A stretch of DNA of 64,000 bases from Callorhinchus milii (lineage: Eukaryota). Where the stretch lies: assembly GCF_018977255.1 (NCBI RefSeq), contig NW_024704771.1, positions 2,356,001-2,420,000 of the forward strand, read 5' to 3'. Each line of letters opens with the position of its first letter. The stretch's first letter is position 1. The position numbers and the translations under genes were made by a program. The notes beneath the pieces were generated by a model. That model was not told where the DNA came from. It saw only the letters and a program-made list of their open reading frames with translations, and made no database searches. This document shows positions 59,829-64,000 of this stretch, piece after piece.

Positions 59829-62800
59829 CATTATTGTGAAACTGATGTTGGAGATGAGAAGCTGCTGTCGGGCTGGGCTGGGCTGGGTTTGTAGGATACA
59901 AAATCCCTTTAAGAAGTACAAGGCCATAAAGGATGTAAATATACCTACAACTCATAATCTGGGATTCGTCAAGAACACGCGAGTAGGAACAAGAATTGCT
60001 CAACTCAGGACTCTGTGTATATTTCCCTTTCCTTGTCTTTAAGCGTCCTCCGCTTCTTCTGCATGACATTGGTCCAGTCAACTTTACTTGTGAATTCTAC
60101 TGAATAGAGATCAGCATTACTTTTGATTCATTAACTCAATATACCTTGAATAAGCTTCCTAACCTGCATTAATAAATATTGATTAAATGAAAGAATTTGT
60201 GTTGATCTTTACTTCACCAAAGGATCAGTTATAGGAGATTCCTTACAGCCACCATTTACTGGACAGGAGAGATACTCGTTTGATTGTTATAAGCGATGAC
60301 CTGTATGAGGCTGAGGTCACATCTTGTAATAATTGCTTATATGGAGGGAATCAGGAGTTATTAATTTAAGAATCTACAAAAATAGGAGATCCTCCCAAAA
60401 AATATGCCCATGACGCACCTTTGTACAAAACCTTTCCAATGAGATATAAATAATATCTCTACGTCAATCGGTTACTGTGTTATTGGCGGACAGCCACACA
60501 CGCAAACATTTTGTCTGTATTAGTATAGATGTATCTCTCTAGAAGGGTGTGTGATGTCCTCTGTCACTACTTTATTGCAGAATACCATGCATGCCGCACA
60601 TTTTGTGGTTTAATTAAAGTATTTTTTAAACCTAGCTGATCAACGATAGTACATCCCCAAGACACAATATGCCCATGACACTCTCCCTTGCAAGACCTTT
60701 CCGATAAGCTATAAATCATGTCTCTATGTCAATTGCTTAATTGCATTATTGGTGGACAGACACACAGAGAGACATTTTGTCTTTATTAATACAGATGATA
60801 AATCCTTGCTTTTCCCCTGTCATTGCTATAATTGACTATTTTCATGTTAATACTTTGATCTGTTGTTTAATTATTGAAACATGACGAGGCACCATTAAAA
60901 TGACTTAATGTTTAATTTCAGACAGCTCCATCTCTGTATGAGAATAACCACCTGAATACAATACAAAATTGCATTTGTAAATCACCTTTCATATCGGGAG
61001 GACGGCCCAAGGCACTGGACTGTCAGGGATTTGGACCCAAGCTGGGGATCGGGATTGGAGAGGGTGGAAGGCAGGGAGGGTGGCTGAAGGCTCGCTCGAA
61101 GAAGCATGGCTTGAGGGAGGCAAGGGGTGGGCCAAGGCAAAGGGAATGAGGGACGGGGTCCAAAAAATGAGCGGAAAGGTTGAAGGCCCGACCGCAAATG
61201 GTGGGTCAGACCGGGCGGGGAATGTGGAACAGGCCGGAGGGAACGGACAGGATGATATGGGGTCAGCAGGTCACAGAGGTAGGAAGGAGCTAGCCATGGA
61301 GGGCCTTGAAGGTGAGGATGAGGATTTTGAACTCAATCCTCTCTACGGAGTGAAAGCACTCGCAATCCAGTCTATTGAGCAGGATTTGAGACGTTCACTA
61401 ACTGAGTAGCTTCAGGTAGTGTGTGGGCAGGTGTAGTGAGAGGCTGTGGGCTGCGCATTCAGTCAGCCCACTGTGTTCCCTGCCCTCCAACCACGCTGAT
61501 CCCAACCACCAGCTCGGATCCAAATTCCTGACTGTCCATCGCCTTGGGACATTGTCCCGACGTGAAAGGCGCTGTGTAAATAAAACTGGTTGTTGTTGTC
61601 TAACTTCTTCTTGAACGCATTTATGTTTCTGAATGAACCCCACTTCAGGCAGCAAGTTCCATAGTCTCACAAGTTCTGTTGCTCCTAAATTCTGTTTCAT
61701 ATCCGCTAGTCATGATGCTATATTTGTGTAAGTAATTTCTGGAATGAGATCACCAGCATGTGTCCCTCCAGGGAGATACTGTGCAGTCCATTCCAACAAC
61801 CTATCTCTGGGATTTCCATGTGTCGGTGGGATGGATGCAAATCTCAACTTAAGCACTGTGTTGGGTTTCCGCATGTGTCAGACCTGGCTGACAAATGTAT
61901 ATATATTTGTGTCCCCTGGTTATGTAATCCCCAACCAGTGAGAAAAGCCTATTTATGGTCACCTTTTAGAAATTTAAGCATAGGTATTAGGGCCCCATTA
62001 AATGTCTCCTCTCAAGCAAATTAAGGCCTAACTTATTCAGTCTATCCTTGTAGCAGTAAGGAATTTATTAACTTGTAACATGGTACATTGTTTATTTACT
62101 GGACACCTCACTGGGAGCGAGGAGATCTGGGACTAACTCTCACTATCTTCTCTCTAATAGTGAGATCCTTTAATCCTTTGATAAGAAAGACAGAGATTGG
62201 ACTGAGGACAGAGTCGATTTGATAAAACTCTTTTTAAACTCCTGCACGACCACTTCATCACAGTTCACAGCTTCCCCTCGGCTGACAATAATTACACACA
62301 CAATAGAGCTGCCCCACCACCTTTTTATTATAATAATAATAATAATAATCCTTGCAATTGATACAGGGCCTTCTCATGTTGTTGAGATGTCTCACAGAGT
62401 TTTACGGAATATTGTATAATTTGGGGGCGAAAAGCGGTAACCAATTGCGTAAAGCAGTGTCCCACAAACAGTCGTGGATTGAGTGACCAAACTATTATAA
62501 ATTTTTTTTAGGGGTTTATTATCCCCGGAAAAGCAATCCGACAATCGACCGATGCTACTTACTGCGAGATAACCAGGTCATATGAAGTAAGGAAACTTTC
62601 CCAATGTTTCGCCCTGCCCATGAATCAAAACCAAGTCCTTTGACTTGCGAGGCGAGTTATAGGATTCCCCATTTATTTAATACATTCTTAGAAGTGGGGA
62701 CTTATTCAAAAGGGAAAGGAGTTTTTCCCGGTGTCCTGGCCAATGATCCTGGATTCATTCCACCTGCCTCTCTTCCACCCCACCCTTTCAAGGCACGTCT

Positions 62801-64000
62801 CCAGGAATGGATTAACTAATGAATCAGGTAAACCAAGCTTTAGAGCCCTGAGGTCTGAGGAGCCCTGGATATGTTGATGCTTTTACCTTCTGCTCTCCCC
62901 CGGGCAGTGCAGTGAGCGGTAGGAGGTAAGAGCGTGGAGAGCAGGAGCCACGTCTGGCAGCAACAGACATTCTTTTGGAGGTCAGTCTGGTGTCTGACAC
63001 ATGCGGAAACCCGTGCTTAAGAGTCTCCAAACCGAGCTGAGAATTCCATGACTCTTAACCCACCTCCACATGGAAATCCCAGAGATAGATTGATGGAATG
63101 GAATGCACAAACTCTCACCCTGGAGGGACACAACCTGCTAACCTGCTATGGGGTCCTGTAGCTCAGTGATTGGGGCACTCACCTCGCAAGCGAGAGGATC
63201 CGGGTACAATTCTCGGACAGGCCAAAACCCTAGACAATTTCCCTTCCTTCACACGCCTCTGTTTACTTAGCAGTAAGTAGGAACCTGTTTGTTGGCCGAT
63301 TGGCAGCTGGTTTTTCTGGGGTAATAATCCCTTCAAAAAAAATATAATTAAAAAAAGGAATAATTTGGTCACTCAATCAATCCACGACTGTTTGTGGGAC
63401 GCTGCTGTGCACACTTGGCTGCCGTGTTTCGCCCACAAAATATACACTTTACAGTATATTCTGTGAAACGCTTTGAGACGATTCGAGGAAATGCTAAGGG
63501 GCTGTATCAAATGCAAGGATTATTAGTATTATTACCTAATTTCAGAAAGTATTAGGCGGAAGTTGGCAAGAGATGAGGTTTGGGAACCCCACAGTGTGCG
63601 TTGGGGGGAACTGGAGTCATTTTCTGTGTGTTCACTGGAGTGTGTGAGGGTGAGAGAATGGCAGTGTGTGTGAGTTGGAGGAGAGGGTGGACAGGCTTTC
63701 CGATAGTCGTGAGGATGATTTGACGGCCTGTGAGTTCCTGATCTCGGCGCTGAGCGAAGGTATACGTCACTCACACGTCACTGGCAGGACCAAGGCCTCA
63801 AAGTGAAGCCATTACAAACACAGTCACTGTTAAGGTAAACCCAATGAACAACGGCAAGTTACAGGGACAGGTCACAGCAGTTTAAATACAAAACTTATAT
63901 ACTTAATCAAATAAAATCAGCTCACAAAATACACTTTACAGTAGAGTATATCTTATGAAGCTATTCGAGATGTCTCAATGACGTGACAAGGTGCTAGATC

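Noticed and set aside
59548-60042. 164-aa ORF with a VYNII ITIM-like motif
   Set aside because: This frame is not reached by the phase-2 TM donor, and the ORF starts in intron sequence. The motif also lacks the canonical -2 residue.

Overview
Eukaryotic, repeat-rich vertebrate genomic DNA. It is most likely from a cartilaginous fish, inferred from Deu-domain SINEs, CR1 LINEs with (TTCTATGA)n tails, Penelope-type ends and the style of the TRIM N-terminus. No prokaryotic features are present. Manual splicing reveals a small immune-gene cluster. (1) A minus-strand butyrophilin-like gene has leader, IgV, IgC, TM, 18-nt and 27-nt exons; any B30.2 exon would lie off the left edge. Its TM exon is one base short of frame. 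(2) A decayed TRIM (RING) pseudogene lies at about 15.2-16.1 kb. (3) A head-to-head inverted pair of CD2/SLAM-family genes follows. The minus copy (32.8-38.8 kb) is an intact 245-aa leader-V-C2 protein whose TM exon stops right after a hydrophobic stretch, which looks like a TM-to-GPI-anchor conversion (CD48/CD58-like). The plus copy (55.4-59.8 kb) keeps a full TM and tail but has disrupted V and C2 exons. The rest is CR1 and L2 LINE fragments, a young tRNA-Ala-headed SINE family sharing the L2 3' tail, Penelope ends with hammerhead-like motifs, a solo LTR inserted in a 24-bp minisatellite, other tandem repeats and unclassified repeats. All exon calls and identities were made by eye; no alignment or database search was run.
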